Shown: one piece after another, positions 56,146-64,000 of the stretch | Position numbering within the stretch: position 1 is the stretch's first letter | Layout of the letters: each line of letters starts with the position of its first letter | Assembly: GCA_046541235.1 (NCBI GenBank) | Contig: JBKHDR010000011.1 | Coordinates: 518-64,517 of the forward strand | Origin: Cyclobacteriaceae bacterium | GTDB taxonomy: Bacteria > Bacteroidota > Bacteroidia > Cytophagales > Cyclobacteriaceae | Length of the DNA: 64,000 nucleotides | Reading direction: 5' to 3' | Program-made: the position numbers and the translations under genes | Notes under the pieces: generated by a model | What the model was told of the DNA's origin: nothing | Databases searched by the model: none | What the model saw: the letters and a program-made list of their open reading frames with translations, nothing else

Positions 56146-58593
56146 CTATTCTTCTGTAGTTACCTCATCTGATTCTGTAGCCCTGTTTTTTACATATTTA
56201 TCCAGCCACTGATCCATCTCCCACAGCATATGCTTGACAGATTCTTCAGCACGATAGCCGTGGCTTTCATGGGGCAGCATCACCAGGCGTGAAGTACCTC
56301 CCAGTCCTTTGATGGCAGCGTAAAAGCGCTCGCTCTGTAGCGGGAAGGTGCCTGAATTATTATCGGCCTCCCCATGTATCATCAGCAGCGGTTCATTGAC
56401 TTTGTCAGCATGCATGAAGGGCGACATATTGTAATAAATCTCCGGTGCCTGCCAGTAAGTCCGTTCTTCTGACTGGAAACCAAAAGGGGTAAGCGTACGG
56501 TTGTAAGCGCCGCTGCGCGCAATACCTGCCGCAAACAGGTCAGAATGGGCCAGCAGGTTGGCTGTCATAAAAGCGCCATATGAATGCCCGCCAATAGCCA
56601 TGCGCTGAGGATCTCCCACTTTCATTTCCGTCAGTTTGTTAATGGCAGCTTCAGCATTGGCCACCAGTTGCTTTACAAAAGAATCGTTAGGTTCTTCCTC
56701 ACCCTCACCTACCACTGGCATACTGATATCATCAAAAACCGCGTAGCCCTGGGTCACCCAGAAGAGGGGCGAATACCAGCCAATACGAATAAACTCGTAA
56801 GGAGAGCCCTGTACCTGACTGGCCGCATCAGCCGACTTAAACTCATCAGGATAAGCCCACATCAGTACCGGCAAAGCAGTTTTACCATCATAATCAGCTG
56901 GCAGATAGAGGTCGCCTTTTAGCGCCAGTCCATCTTCACGTTCGTATTTGACAACCTGCTTTTCTACGCCTTCCAGTTGGGGGTAAGGATTCGGAAAAGA
57001 GGTAAGTGCCGTCAGCTTGTCGCTACGCAGGTTGCGGATGAAATAATTAGGCGGCATGCTGGTAGACTCCCGGCGGGTCAGCACCTGGTTTTTGCTGATA
57101 TCCAGAATACTGATGGGGTACTCGTAATAGGGAGCTTCTGAGCGCCACAGCCTCTTGGTTTTGCCGGATGTAATGTCAAATTCATCTACAAAGGGACGGT
57201 TCCCTTCAGGAGAAGCCCCTTGCCCGGTGAGATAAAGCTTTCTGCCCCTTTTGTCGGTCAGCAGCACCTGTCGGCCATATTCATTAGATTGAGTCTCAAA
57301 ACTACCGGGGTCATTGTAGCGATCTTCATAAGAACGGTCAAACAGCACCTGTTTGCTATCAGCGTCGCCTGTAGGATCAAAGCGGCTGGTGATGATCTGC
57401 CGGGTAGACCACCAGTACTCGGTAGCCATAGCCAGTTCATCATCACCCCAGGTAATGCCGCCAAAGCGCAGCTTGAAGGGAATACCCGCCTGCTTTTCGC
57501 CTTCAAACGGGCCTGACAGGTGGTACAGGCGGTCGCGTACTTCCACCTCATTGGCAGGATCGCCGCCGTCCTGTGCTTCTACCCAGTACAAGGTAGCAGG
57601 TACATCAGCGCGCCATTCAAAGCTGCGCGGCCCTTCGCGTACGGCACCAAATCCCTGGGGAATATTTTCGGCCAGGGGTATGTCAGCAATATTACGAACC
57701 TGTTGCCCGTCATTATCCACTATGTCTACACTTTGCGGAAAACGAAAGTAAGGAACCAGGTAAGAGAAAGGCTCCTTGATGGTGGATACCAGGAGGTAAT
57801 TGCCATCCGGAGAGGCAGAAAAATCGCTGATGATGGCCGCCTCGGAAATGCGCTGAGCACTCTTATCAGCAATGTTGATTTTGTTCAGCTCCGAAGTAGC
57901 GTAGTAACGGAATACCTCTTCGTCGTGCTTGTTCTGCAGCAAATCCTGGTAGGTACGCACGGCAGCTTTGTTGCCACTGGTTTCCTGTATGGTCGGGCCT
58001 CCAGGTACCAGCGATTTCAGCGGTGCTTCTCCCCTGTCTGATCTTACCGATTTATAAACAATGGTTTCGCTGTCGGAAAGCCAGGTGTAGGGGGTGCCGC
58101 CCAGGGCATCGTTGATGACTGCCCCAGTAAGGGCTTGGGCTTCTCCGCTGCTGGCCTCCACTACCCAGAGCGAAAGTCCTCTATCTTCAGTAAGGGTGAA
58201 AGCCACTTTCTGTCCGTCAGGAGACCAGTTGACATTACCAATCTTAGGATTTTCAGGCAGCCCCTGTACCTCTACTTCCTGCTGATCTGCTATGCTTTTG
58301 AACTGCATGCCAGTATAGTGGGAAGCCCGGCTTGAACCATTGGTACGGGGGTTGATGCGGATACCGGCCAGCTTTAGTTCTGGCTGAGCGAGTTCTTCAA
58401 TAGAGGGATAACCCGGTCTTTCCAGGAGAACCATCCAGTCGCCGGTGCCATTCAGGCTTACTGAGGGGGTTTGTGGTGCGTCAATCAGCTCGTTGATCGC
58501 TGTCGGAGGGGTCTGATAGCCTTCCTGGGCCTGGGCTGTCAAACAAATAAGCCCCAGCAGGAGCGGCAGACTCCATTTTTTCAGATTAAACAT
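56146..58593 (-). CDS. S9 family (prolyl oligopeptidase / glutamyl endopeptidase-like) peptidase, secreted
   Basis: Signal peptide; beta-propeller region; GGHSYGA nucleophile; HGEADNN; LPHESH. Confidence 0.92.
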   Translation of the reverse strand: MFNLKKWSLPLLLGLICLTAQAQEGYQTPPTAINELIDAPQTPSVSLNGTGDWMVLLERPGYPSIEELAQPELKLAGIRINPRTNGSSRASHYTGMQFKSIADQQEVEVQGLPENPKIGNVNWSPDGQKVAFTLTEDRGLSLWVVEASSGEAQALTGAVINDALGGTPYTWLSDSETIVYKSVRSDRGEAPLKSLVPGGPTIQETSGNKAAVRTYQDLLQNKHDEEVFRYYATSELNKINIADKSAQRISEAAIISDFSASPDGNYLLVSTIKEPFSYLVPYFRFPQSVDIVDNDGQQVRNIADIPLAENIPQGFGAVREGPRSFEWRADVPATLYWVEAQDGGDPANEVEVRDRLYHLSGPFEGEKQAGIPFKLRFGGITWGDDELAMATEYWWSTRQIITSRFDPTGDADSKQVLFDRSYEDRYNDPGSFETQSNEYGRQVLLTDKRGRKLYLTGQGASPEGNRPFVDEFDITSGKTKRLWRSEAPYYEYPISILDISKNQVLTRRESTSMPPNYFIRNLRSDKLTALTSFPNPYPQLEGVEKQVVKYEREDGLALKGDLYLPADYDGKTALPVLMWAYPDEFKSADAASQVQGSPYEFIRIGWYSPLFWVTQGYAVFDDISMPVVGEGEEEPNDSFVKQLVANAEAAINKLTEMKVGDPQRMAIGGHSYGAFMTANLLAHSDLFAAGIARSGAYNRTLTPFGFQSEERTYWQAPEIYYNMSPFMHADKVNEPLLMIHGEADNNSGTFPLQSERFYAAIKGLGGTSRLVMLPHESHGYRAEESVKHMLWEMDQWLDKYVKNRATESDEVTTEE

Positions 58594-58761
58594 TGTATTT
58601 ATGGTTAGGTGATTTACTTGTGCTAAAAATAGGAAAAAAAACTACTTCCGGATTGTCTTTTTCATTTAACAGGCACATTCATTCACTGATTCCGCTACCC
58701 GCAAAAAAACAGAGGATAAAGAAAACTCTACCCTCTGTTCAGCATATGGAATTAAAAAAAC

Positions 58762-61194
58762 TTAACTGGCCGGCTGCTGGGCTACTTTATCTTCTGAGCC
58801 AACACTGAGGTTGAGCTTCGGGTTGCCCCGATACTCAACACGGCTAGAATCTTCAGCATCAGCATTCAGTTCATCACTTACATTAAGCTGTGCTTTGGCG
58901 GCTCCACTGCTCTCCAGGTTTGCCGTGTTGAGCTGCATTTCATAAGCATCCAGGCGGGAAGCGCCGCTCAGAGTGGCGTCTATCAGCCGGCTGTTGCCAT
59001 AGAGCTTGAGGCTGGAAGCACCACGCATGTTTACCGATAATTGATCCGTATCTACTTTGATAAAAGCTTTGGAAGAACCGGACATTTCCACATCCAGCTG
59101 ATCCGTCAGGGCATTTCCGACATTGAGCTGGGCGTTGGCGTTTAGCCTGACCGATCGCAGAGAAGGTACCACTAAGGTCACTTCTATCATTTCATCCACA
59201 TCTCTAACGAAGGGCTGGCGATAATTGACGCTTAGGGTTTCTTCATTTTTATCCACCGCCACATCCTCTACGGCATCCTGGTCGCCGGTTACCATGATGG
59301 CATACTCCTCACCCAGGCTCAGGTTGACCCGGAAAGGCCCCTCTATCCTTAGGCGATTGAAGTTCTCCAGTTCATAAGACCTGGAAAAATCCCCTGAAAT
59401 ACCCTGCTGACTGTCGAACTGCTCATCCAGGTTTTCTCTGGTTTCGCAGGTGAGGCAACGAAGGCCATCTTCGGTAAACATAAAGGTATTGTCTCGCATA
59501 TCTGATACACTAAAGCCATCGCGGTAGAGTGTATTTCTGAGGATGAGACTAAGCTCTCTATCCATGATGAAAGGGCGCTGGTAAGGCAGGTAAAGAATCA
59601 GATCCACCTCCTGCGCCCTGAACTTAGCTCCTTCATTTAAAGTAAAGGCCGGAGGAAAAATGATCGTAGAGTCTTCTGCCTCTACCTGGTAAGATACCAT
59701 CTGGGCGTATTCTATGGCAGCCTTACGGTTACGGCCTTTAGCCTCAAATTCCTTTTCCAATGTCACTGCTTCTTCTTCATGACCACGGAGCATGAGGCGG
59801 GGACGGGCGTAGTTTTCACCTTCCGGATAATCACCCAATGTAAGCAGCAGCGTGTTCCCTTGAGGCGTAAAGGTTTCCGTACTGGTATACCTGCCTTCTT
59901 CACTAAAATCAATGAAGATCTGCGGCAGCGTAACGCTCAGGCCAATCAGTGCGGCAAACCATACCCCCAGCGCACTCCAGCCCACGGTAGCATTCATCAG
60001 TTTGCGCCTGACCACTATGGCAATACCTGCTATAATGACAGCCACTGCGGGTATGAGCAGGGCAATAAAGGCAAAAACAGAAGCAGCAGCGGGCAGGCTT
60101 TCCTGCAGCATTCTCAGGGGAATCTCGCCATCTATCACCGGGTCAAAAGTTGACAGCCCCAGCAGCAGGCTACCTCCTACCAGCAACCCGAAGATGACCG
60201 CCCCCCCCAGCAGGATCAGGATCAGGCCCGCTACCACCCTGGCCAGGTCACCAAGAAAACTAAGCAGCGGGCCGAGGGCCTTTCCCAGCGCATTGATAAG
60301 CAGGGCAATCAGCCTGAAAGGAAAAAGCACGATTTTCATCAGAAGACTTTCCTCACCGCTCTCACTTGCGCTAAAGTTTTTTTTTATACTTGATTCAATA
60401 TTGCTCAGGGTCACCGGCTCGCCCTTCATCTGCATCTTATCGGTCAGGGTTTTGGCCTCTGGAGTAATGATCCAGAGGATGATGTAGAGAAAGAAGCCGG
60501 TACCACCCAGGAAGATGCTGAGCACAAAGAGCAGCCTGATGACCGTAGGATCTGTGCCGAAATAAGCCGAAATACCCCCGGCAACACCACCGATCACGCG
60601 ATCGTCAGGATTACGGAAAAGTTTTTTCACTTTCGCATCTAGCTTCAGATCAGGCCTGCCGGGCAGTACGATCCAAAGTACGATGTAGGTGACGAAGGTG
60701 ATCGTACCGAAGGAGGCAAAGGCATCGGCGAAGAAGAAAATGATGAACAGCAGGCGTATCCAGAGCGGGTCGGTTTTGAAATAATGGGCAATCCCGGCGG
60801 CCACACCACCCAGCACTTTGCGCTCAGTATCCCGATACAGGCGGCGGCGTCCGTAGGTTTCTTCCTCTGCTTCATAAGTACGCTCACCTGTGTCGTAGGA
60901 ACGGTAAGCACTCTCTTCATCCAGTACCTCTGCGGCAGCAAAATCCTCTACGCTACCCATGGTCTTGATCACTCCTTCCACATCCTCACGGGTAATGACC
61001 TGCTTGCTGTTGCTGAGTTTGGATAAAAATATTTCTGCAATTCTGCTCTCGATATCATCGGTAATTTCCTTACTGTCTTCGTAGCTGGAAAAGTAGCGGC
61101 TGATAGATTCCAGGTAATGCTTGAGCAGATCGTAGCCGTCTTCTTCCACATGGAAGATAATGCCACTTATATTGATGCTAATGTTCTTTTTCAT
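58762..61194 (-). CDS. PspC-domain protein (two PspC domains, TM region, C-terminal DUF2807/GIN beta-helix)
   Basis: LYRD...LGGVAAGIAHYF and LFRNPDDRVIGGVAGGISAYF; terminal SGASxL repeats ending VEYRGNP. Confidence 0.88.
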   Translation of the reverse strand: MKKNISINISGIIFHVEEDGYDLLKHYLESISRYFSSYEDSKEITDDIESRIAEIFLSKLSNSKQVITREDVEGVIKTMGSVEDFAAAEVLDEESAYRSYDTGERTYEAEEETYGRRRLYRDTERKVLGGVAAGIAHYFKTDPLWIRLLFIIFFFADAFASFGTITFVTYIVLWIVLPGRPDLKLDAKVKKLFRNPDDRVIGGVAGGISAYFGTDPTVIRLLFVLSIFLGGTGFFLYIILWIITPEAKTLTDKMQMKGEPVTLSNIESSIKKNFSASESGEESLLMKIVLFPFRLIALLINALGKALGPLLSFLGDLARVVAGLILILLGGAVIFGLLVGGSLLLGLSTFDPVIDGEIPLRMLQESLPAAASVFAFIALLIPAVAVIIAGIAIVVRRKLMNATVGWSALGVWFAALIGLSVTLPQIFIDFSEEGRYTSTETFTPQGNTLLLTLGDYPEGENYARPRLMLRGHEEEAVTLEKEFEAKGRNRKAAIEYAQMVSYQVEAEDSTIIFPPAFTLNEGAKFRAQEVDLILYLPYQRPFIMDRELSLILRNTLYRDGFSVSDMRDNTFMFTEDGLRCLTCETRENLDEQFDSQQGISGDFSRSYELENFNRLRIEGPFRVNLSLGEEYAIMVTGDQDAVEDVAVDKNEETLSVNYRQPFVRDVDEMIEVTLVVPSLRSVRLNANAQLNVGNALTDQLDVEMSGSSKAFIKVDTDQLSVNMRGASSLKLYGNSRLIDATLSGASRLDAYEMQLNTANLESSGAAKAQLNVSDELNADAEDSSRVEYRGNPKLNLSVGSEDKVAQQPAS

Positions 61195-61233
61195 CTCTCT
61201 GAAATTTTCTTTACTTCATTTGGGTTGGCCTCG

Positions 61234-61608
61234 TTATTTGGACTTAGAGGCTTCATTTGAGGACTCAGCAGGGCTTGTATGCTGCCTGGTGATGATCTGG
61301 TTGGTAGAATCCACCAGTTCAAGCCAGGTGATTTCCAGCAGTTTCAGAAACTCGCGCCCCTTATCAGTTAGTGTGTAATATTTGCGTGGCGGCCCTGAAG
61401 TTGACTCTACCCACTGATAATCTACCAGCTCAGCTTTGCGAAGCCGTGTGAGCAAGGGATAAAGCGTACCTTCTACCACCATGATCTTAGCCGAAGTCAG
61501 TTCCTCCAGCATGTCCGAAGCATATACCTCCCCGCGGGAGATGATATGCAGTATGCAGAATTCCAGGATGCCCTTTCGCATCTGCACCTGTGTGTTCTCA
61601 ATTTTCAT
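61234..61608 (-). CDS. PadR family transcriptional regulator
   Basis: QMRKGILEFCIL, EGTLYPLLTRL, GPPRKYYTLT. Confidence 0.95.
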   Translation of the reverse strand: MKIENTQVQMRKGILEFCILHIISRGEVYASDMLEELTSAKIMVVEGTLYPLLTRLRKAELVDYQWVESTSGPPRKYYTLTDKGREFLKLLEITWLELVDSTNQIITRQHTSPAESSNEASKSK

Positions 61609-61634
61609 GGGCTCTTCTTGATTTTCTAGACTTA

Positions 61635-61673
61635 CATGGAGCAGGCCCCGACCTCTGCCGGGGCTGCTACATG
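61635..61673 (-). promoter_or_regulatory. GC-rich hairpin in the padR-pspC leader
   Basis: CATG-gAGCAGGCCCCG...CGGGGCTGCT-aCATG inverted repeat. Confidence 0.5.
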
Positions 61674-61700
61674 CTGTTTTGGGTTAACGTTGAATTAGAG

Positions 61701-61708
61701 CAAATTTA
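61701..61708 (-). promoter_or_regulatory. Bacteroidota sigma70 -7 box candidate for padR
   Basis: Minus strand TAAATTTG matches the TAnnTTTG consensus, ~90 nt upstream of padR. Confidence 0.45.
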
Positions 61709-61907
61709 TCATATAGTACTATGTTATACAAGGTATCTTGTAAATTTGTTGCAGTCCTTATGAAATTTTTCTTGCAGATGGTCTGATGTTTTTTGCAAAT
61801 CACTGAAAGGCAGTCAAATACAGTTTTTTGTTAAAGGACAAATTCTGCATCCATGAAAGATTTTTTTTTACTTTAGGCCTGTACTCGTACTCTAATCATT
61901 AAAATAT

Positions 61908-64000
61908 ATGCAAACACAGTCTGGCTTATCCTTACTCTTTTTCTTCATTTTCTTTTTCGCCTGTACCTTAGGCATGGCACAGGAGAAACCTAAAATGCTT
62001 CAGTGGGATTTTCCCCTGCCCCGTACCCATACCGGCGTACTGATTGGCAATGGTGTACAGGGTCTGATGGTCTGGGGAGAGGGTAACCAACTCAACATTA
62101 CCATCGGCAGGGCCGGCTTCTGGGACCGGCGGGGAGGTAATGACTTCTCCTCCAGCACTACTTACACCGAAGTACGTGAGCTACTGGAAGCTAATGACGA
62201 GCCGGGCATACTGGCTGCTTTTGCCGGACCAAAAAAGCCGGAAGGAACCCCAGAACGCCCCTTTCAGATAGGCGGAGGGCGTCTGGAAGTGAGCATGCCG
62301 GAAGGCTGGGCACTGGAAACAGGAGACCTGGACCTGAACAATGCACAGCTAAACATCTCCGTAAGCGACCCTGCCGGTAACGAGCACACGATTGCCATAC
62401 AGCAGGCAGTCAAACAGGAATTTGCCTGGCTGGAGTTACCTCAAGCACTACAGGGTAAAGTAAGTCTGCGATTGCGCCCCAGTTGGGAGTGGGTACAGGA
62501 TGAACTCAGCAGTATGGGTGTCAGCAAGCCGGAAGAATGGGCTACCAACGAAGAGATCAGCAGTGGTGGTTTTATCCAGAGATTACCGGCAGATGAGCCT
62601 CTTTCAATCTCCTATGCGGTATATGATAACAAAGTCAACATCGCATCAGCCCTGGGAAAAGAGGCTCAGAAAGAAGCCCTGCAACTGGCAGCTTCTCAGC
62701 AGTGGTCAGCCATAGAGCAGGATAACAAACAGTGGTGGGCAGAGTATTGGGAAGACATCCCCAAAGTAAACCTGCCCGACCCCAAGCTGCAGGAACTTTA
62801 TGACTACGGGGTGTACAAGCAGGCCTGTGTGACACCTCCGCAGGGGCTGGCCGCTACCCTGCAAGGACCATTCAATGAAGAGTACCGTCTTCCTCCCTGG
62901 AGCAATGACTATCATTTTAACATTAATATAGAAATGATCTACTGGCCTGCCCTGGCTACCAACCGGAGCGAGCACCTCAAGCCCATGTGGGATCTGCTCT
63001 TTAGCTGGATGCCGCAGATGCAAAAGAATGGCGAGAAATTCTTTGGCGAAGAGGGCGCCCTCATGCTGCCGCATGCCGTAGATGACCAGTGCCAGGTGGT
63101 TGGTCTCTTCTGGGCCGGCACCATTGACCAGGCCTGCGCCGCCTGGATGGCCCAGCTGGCCTGGCTACAGTACCGCTACACCATGGATGAGCAGGTGCTG
63201 CGTGACATCGCCTGGCCCCTGCTTAGCGGAGCTTTCAACGGCTATTGGGGCATGATTGAAGAAGAAGCTGATGGTAGTTTCAGCCTGCCGGTGTCGGTGA
63301 GCCCTGAATTCAGGGGTTCAGACATGAATGCCTGGGGTAAGAATGCTTCTTTCCAGCTGGCGGCCCTGCATATGCTGGCAGATGTCCTTCCTAAAGCCGC
63401 CTCCATTCTGGGTAAAGAAAACGATAGCCGCTGGCAGCAAGTCTCAGAAAAGCTCCCCCCCTATGCCGTGGTAAAAGGGCCTACGTGGCTAGAATCAGGC
63501 CAGAACGTACAGCCACGGATTGCCCTCTGGGAAGGTATGGACCTGATCACCAGCCACCGCCATCACAGCCACCTGGCTTCCATTTATCCCTTTGCCACAG
63601 TAGATCCATTTTCTGAAGAGCATCAAGAGATTGTGATGCATAGCCTCAACTTCTGGACCCTGCGCGGCCCCGGTGCCTGGAGCGGCTGGTGTGTGCCCTG
63701 GGCCGCCACCCTCAACGCCCGCTTTGACCGTACAGAGGCTGCCGTACACTGGCTGCATACTTTTAAAGATGTGTATACCAACGCAGGCCGGGGAACTTTA
63801 CACAATGCGGCTTTTCCCGGTTTCAGCATGATTTATCAACCCGTATGGGAAAAAACTGATGGGCAAAACGGTGAAGTTATGCAACTAGACGGTGGCTTTG
63901 GTGCCATCACAGCTATTACTGAACTGCTGGTACAGAATCGCAACGATGGTATACATGTGTTACCCTCGCTGCACCGCGACTGGAAAGAGCTGAGTTTTGA
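61908..64000 (+). CDS. GH95-like glycoside hydrolase, 3'-truncated by window edge (absent from the ORF track)
   Basis: My translation from ATG 61908: signal peptide MQTQSGLSLLFFFIFFFACTLGMAQ; IGNGVQGLMVWG; LQGPFNEEYRLPPWSNDYHFNINIEMIYWP; MQLDGGFG...ELLVQ...VLPSL..W. These match GH95 conserved blocks. Confidence 0.8.
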   Translation, partial: MQTQSGLSLLFFFIFFFACTLGMAQEKPKMLQWDFPLPRTHTGVLIGNGVQGLMVWGEGNQLNITIGRAGFWDRRGGNDFSSSTTYTEVRELLEANDEPGILAAFAGPKKPEGTPERPFQIGGGRLEVSMPEGWALETGDLDLNNAQLNISVSDPAGNEHTIAIQQAVKQEFAWLELPQALQGKVSLRLRPSWEWVQDELSSMGVSKPEEWATNEEISSGGFIQRLPADEPLSISYAVYDNKVNIASALGKEAQKEALQLAASQQWSAIEQDNKQWWAEYWEDIPKVNLPDPKLQELYDYGVYKQACVTPPQGLAATLQGPFNEEYRLPPWSNDYHFNINIEMIYWPALATNRSEHLKPMWDLLFSWMPQMQKNGEKFFGEEGALMLPHAVDDQCQVVGLFWAGTIDQACAAWMAQLAWLQYRYTMDEQVLRDIAWPLLSGAFNGYWGMIEEEADGSFSLPVSVSPEFRGSDMNAWGKNASFQLAALHMLADVLPKAASILGKENDSRWQQVSEKLPPYAVVKGPTWLESGQNVQPRIALWEGMDLITSHRHHSHLASIYPFATVDPFSEEHQEIVMHSLNFWTLRGPGAWSGWCVPWAATLNARFDRTEAAVHWLHTFKDVYTNAGRGTLHNAAFPGFSMIYQPVWEKTDGQNGEVMQLDGGFGAITAITELLVQNRNDGIHVLPSLHRDWKELSF

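Noticed and set aside
1-64000. CRISPR arrays, tRNA/rRNA genes, transposases, integrases
   Set aside because: I found no regularly spaced repeats, cloverleaf or rRNA signatures, or recombinase/transposase motifs by eye. A tRNAscan/Infernal run would be needed to exclude small RNAs.

Overview
Window from a Bacteroidota chromosome, most likely Cytophagales. The assignment is inferred from the serB-serA fusion, the porW/sprE-M23-bactofilin-atpIBEFHAG synteny, the lack of atpD/atpC in the atp cluster, DUF2490, and many lipoproteins and ECF sigma factors. Most of the window is ordinary: gpmI, mscS, serA, Sco/cytochrome c, PBP1A, the F-type ATP synthase cluster, fbp, an acyl-CoA dehydrogenase, an S9 peptidase, padR-pspC, GH106 and a GH95-like gene running off the right end. 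I saw no rRNA, tRNA, CRISPR array or intact mobile element. The most unusual region is ~9.4-17.6 kb. It holds a PLP-dependent alpha-oxoamine synthase (AOS) fused to a FemAB/GNAT-like transferase domain, convergent with an operon of two STAS/SEC14-like proteins and a soluble HAMP-PAS histidine kinase that lacks an input domain. A second sensor-less kinase and an unrecognised ORF flank it. The arrangement resembles a Cqs/Lqs-type lipid-signal synthase plus sensor module, or a fused Spt/ceramide-synthase-like lipid pathway; this is a hypothesis. Smaller observations include an orphan ParD-like remnant, a LytTR-type direct repeat, a TATGCATRCATA operator pair, a variant peptide deformylase, a His-rich TPR lipoprotein and an APC-EIIA fusion. 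All family calls are from motif recognition by eye, not database searches.
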